From assembly GCA_021813125.1 (NCBI GenBank), contig JAKALT010000003.1, positions 7,800 to 71,799 of the forward strand: a stretch of 64,000 nt of DNA, written 5' to 3'. Below, piece by piece: positions 62,805 to 64,000 of this stretch. A model generated the notes under the pieces. It did not search any database. It had not been told where the DNA came from and saw only the letters and a program-made list of their open reading frames with translations. How positions within the stretch are numbered: position 1 is the first letter of the stretch; each line of letters opens with the position of its first letter. The stretch is from a bacterium. GTDB taxonomy: Bacteria; Patescibacteriota; Microgenomatia; Curtissbacterales; GWA2-41-24. Position numbers and translations under genes: made by a program.

Positions 62805-63326
62805 TTAAGTACCGCTTCTCCAATCACCAATTGCTTCCCTATGCTTGTAAGCGATTACAGAAGGAAGCTCATTAACCTCAAAAAACTTATAATCGTCGTG
62901 CTCTTCTGACAAGACAATTGACCCCTTTGCCTTGCCTTCAAAAATAATGTCTATATGCATGCCCCTAGGATCGTTATCAATATTGTAAGCACCAACAACT
63001 GAACATACGTCAGGCACCAAGCCTGTTTCCTCTTTGCACTCCCGAATAACAGCCTCTGCCGCTTCCTCTCCCCATTGTATGAAACCGCCTGGTAAACACC
63101 ACGCACCTTTCAATGGCTCATTGGCGCGCCTTAAAAGCAGAACTTTCCCAGCTTCATGTACTATAATACTCGCAACAGGCTTTGGGTTATTCCAAAACTC
63201 AAATTTACACTTTGGGCAAACCTGACTAGCTTCGTCATTAGAAACCTTAGAAACCATCTCCGTCGAGCACATCGGGCAAAACTTATAAATTAGCTTTTTG
63301 GAGCTGGCCATAAGTGCATTATACAA
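62805..63326 (-). CDS. NUDIX hydrolase with N-terminal zinc-ribbon
   Basis: Nudix box GGFIQWGEEAAEAVIRECKEETGL, preceded by CPMC...CPKC. Confidence 0.75.
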   Translation of the reverse strand: MYNALMASSKKLIYKFCPMCSTEMVSKVSNDEASQVCPKCKFEFWNNPKPVASIIVHEAGKVLLLRRANEPLKGAWCLPGGFIQWGEEAAEAVIRECKEETGLVPDVCSVVGAYNIDNDPRGMHIDIIFEGKAKGSIVLSEEHDDYKFFEVNELPSVIAYKHREAIGDWRSGT

Positions 63327-63355
63327 AGAAACTTATCAAGTGCTATACTTTCCCC

Positions 63356-64000
63356 ATGCTAAAGACAGCCATCGACGCAGCAAAGGAAGGCGCGAAAATA
63401 GCATCAACCTACTTTAATAATCCTCTTGATGTCAAAAGGAAAGAAAACGAAAGCCCTGTCACTATAGCAGACATAGAGACAGAAAAAATTATAAGGCAGA
63501 TAATTTCCAAGAAATTCCCAGATCATGGTTTTATTGGTGAAGAACTAGGCTCAATTAACCCGAAAGCCAAATACCAGTGGGCAATCGATCCTATTGATGG
63601 CACCAGAGCCTACATAAGAGGAATCCCTCAATGGTGTGTACTTGTAGCTGTCTTGGAAAATAACAAGCCGATAGTTGGAGTCTGTTATTACCCCGAACAG
63701 AGCGATTTATTCACAGCCCAAAAAGGGGAAGGGGCATTTTTAAATGGCAAAAAAACGAAAGTGTCTTCCGTAAAGAATTTAAATGAAGCATACATTTCTT
63801 ACTACAACTTAAAACATTTCGCAAGACTCGGAAAAATCAATAATTTAGTAGATCTTATTCAAAAAACAAACACATCAATGAATTACGCCTCATTTTGTAT
63901 GAATTATTTCTTAAAAGGGAAAGTCGACGCTTATGTATGCGGCCACGGTCTGCTGTGGGATTTCGCAGCACTCGCTATTTTAACTGAAGAAGCAGGTGGT
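63356..64000 (+). CDS. inositol monophosphatase family protein (partial, runs off the window end)
   Basis: Translation from the ATG at 63356 gives ...ESPVTIADIETEKIIRQII...WAIDPIDGTRAYIRGIPQW..., carrying the IMPase DPIDGT and TxADxxxE motifs. The ORF is open to the end of the window. Confidence 0.6.
   Translation, partial: MLKTAIDAAKEGAKIASTYFNNPLDVKRKENESPVTIADIETEKIIRQIISKKFPDHGFIGEELGSINPKAKYQWAIDPIDGTRAYIRGIPQWCVLVAVLENNKPIVGVCYYPEQSDLFTAQKGEGAFLNGKKTKVSSVKNLNEAYISYYNLKHFARLGKINNLVDLIQKTNTSMNYASFCMNYFLKGKVDAYVCGHGLLWDFAALAILTEEAGG

Noticed and set aside
1-64000. CRISPR array or diversity-generating retroelement
   Set aside because: No regularly spaced direct repeats with unique spacers were found. 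The short repeats present are dispersed or tandem without spacers. No reverse-transcriptase ORF and no template/variable repeat pair were found near the four-helix-bundle gene.

Overview
This 64 kb window looks like a compact bacterial genome with features typical of Candidate Phyla Radiation / Patescibacteria (inferred only from gene content and protein style). Several findings point that way: a split purH, class-III-signal pilins with minor pilins, long acidic N-terminal extensions on NusG, L1 and L7/L12, and many small secreted hypothetical proteins carrying an 'ANWKTYTN...KYPxDW' motif. Identifiable housekeeping genes include dprA, mreB followed by a PBP2 transpeptidase, glyA, folD, def, fmt, a PriA-like gene, rpmB, rpmG, secE, nusG, rplK, rplA, rplJ, rplL and galU. 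There are also four tRNAs: a Thr-Tyr-Thr cluster on the minus strand and a Trp tRNA on the plus strand. The most striking feature is at 6949..20557: a same-strand tandem array of 13 intact paralogous genes plus one fragment. Together they carry 17 copies of an uncharacterised domain that starts with DETANWKTYTN and ends with QILSTFKF. The genes encode small signal-anchored proteins, six consecutive pairs are joined by 4-nt ATGA start/stop overlaps, and two type II toxin-antitoxin pairs sit inside the array (Phd/PIN and Phd/RelE). A Wzy_C/TPR membrane protein and a four-helix-bundle protein lie immediately downstream. The window also carries two families of short dispersed repeats that occur in-frame inside housekeeping genes as well as in intergenic DNA. 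The first is a (NNNCCAG)x4 heptad repeat with core GACCAGTTACCAGAGACCAG, present in dprA, folD, the 3' end of the Wzy-like gene, a pseudopilin gene, and upstream of glyA and folD. The second is a palindromic hairpin element of about 40-55 nt, AAGGGCAGGCCTT...AAGGCCTGCCCTT. It has at least seven copies, mostly at gene 3' ends, but two sit in-frame inside folD and inside the PriA-like gene where the Walker A motif would be expected. Other notable loci are a type IV pilus-like cluster encoding a large C39-like secreted protein and an 832-aa pilin, and a translationally coupled operon of a PRTase-like, a GT1-like and a kinase-like gene next to sulfotransferase-like, EEP-like and beta-lactamase-like genes. 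A 31-aa highly acidic ORF with a strong Shine-Dalgarno lies in the rplA-rplJ spacer. No rRNA genes, CRISPR arrays or recognisable transposases were seen.
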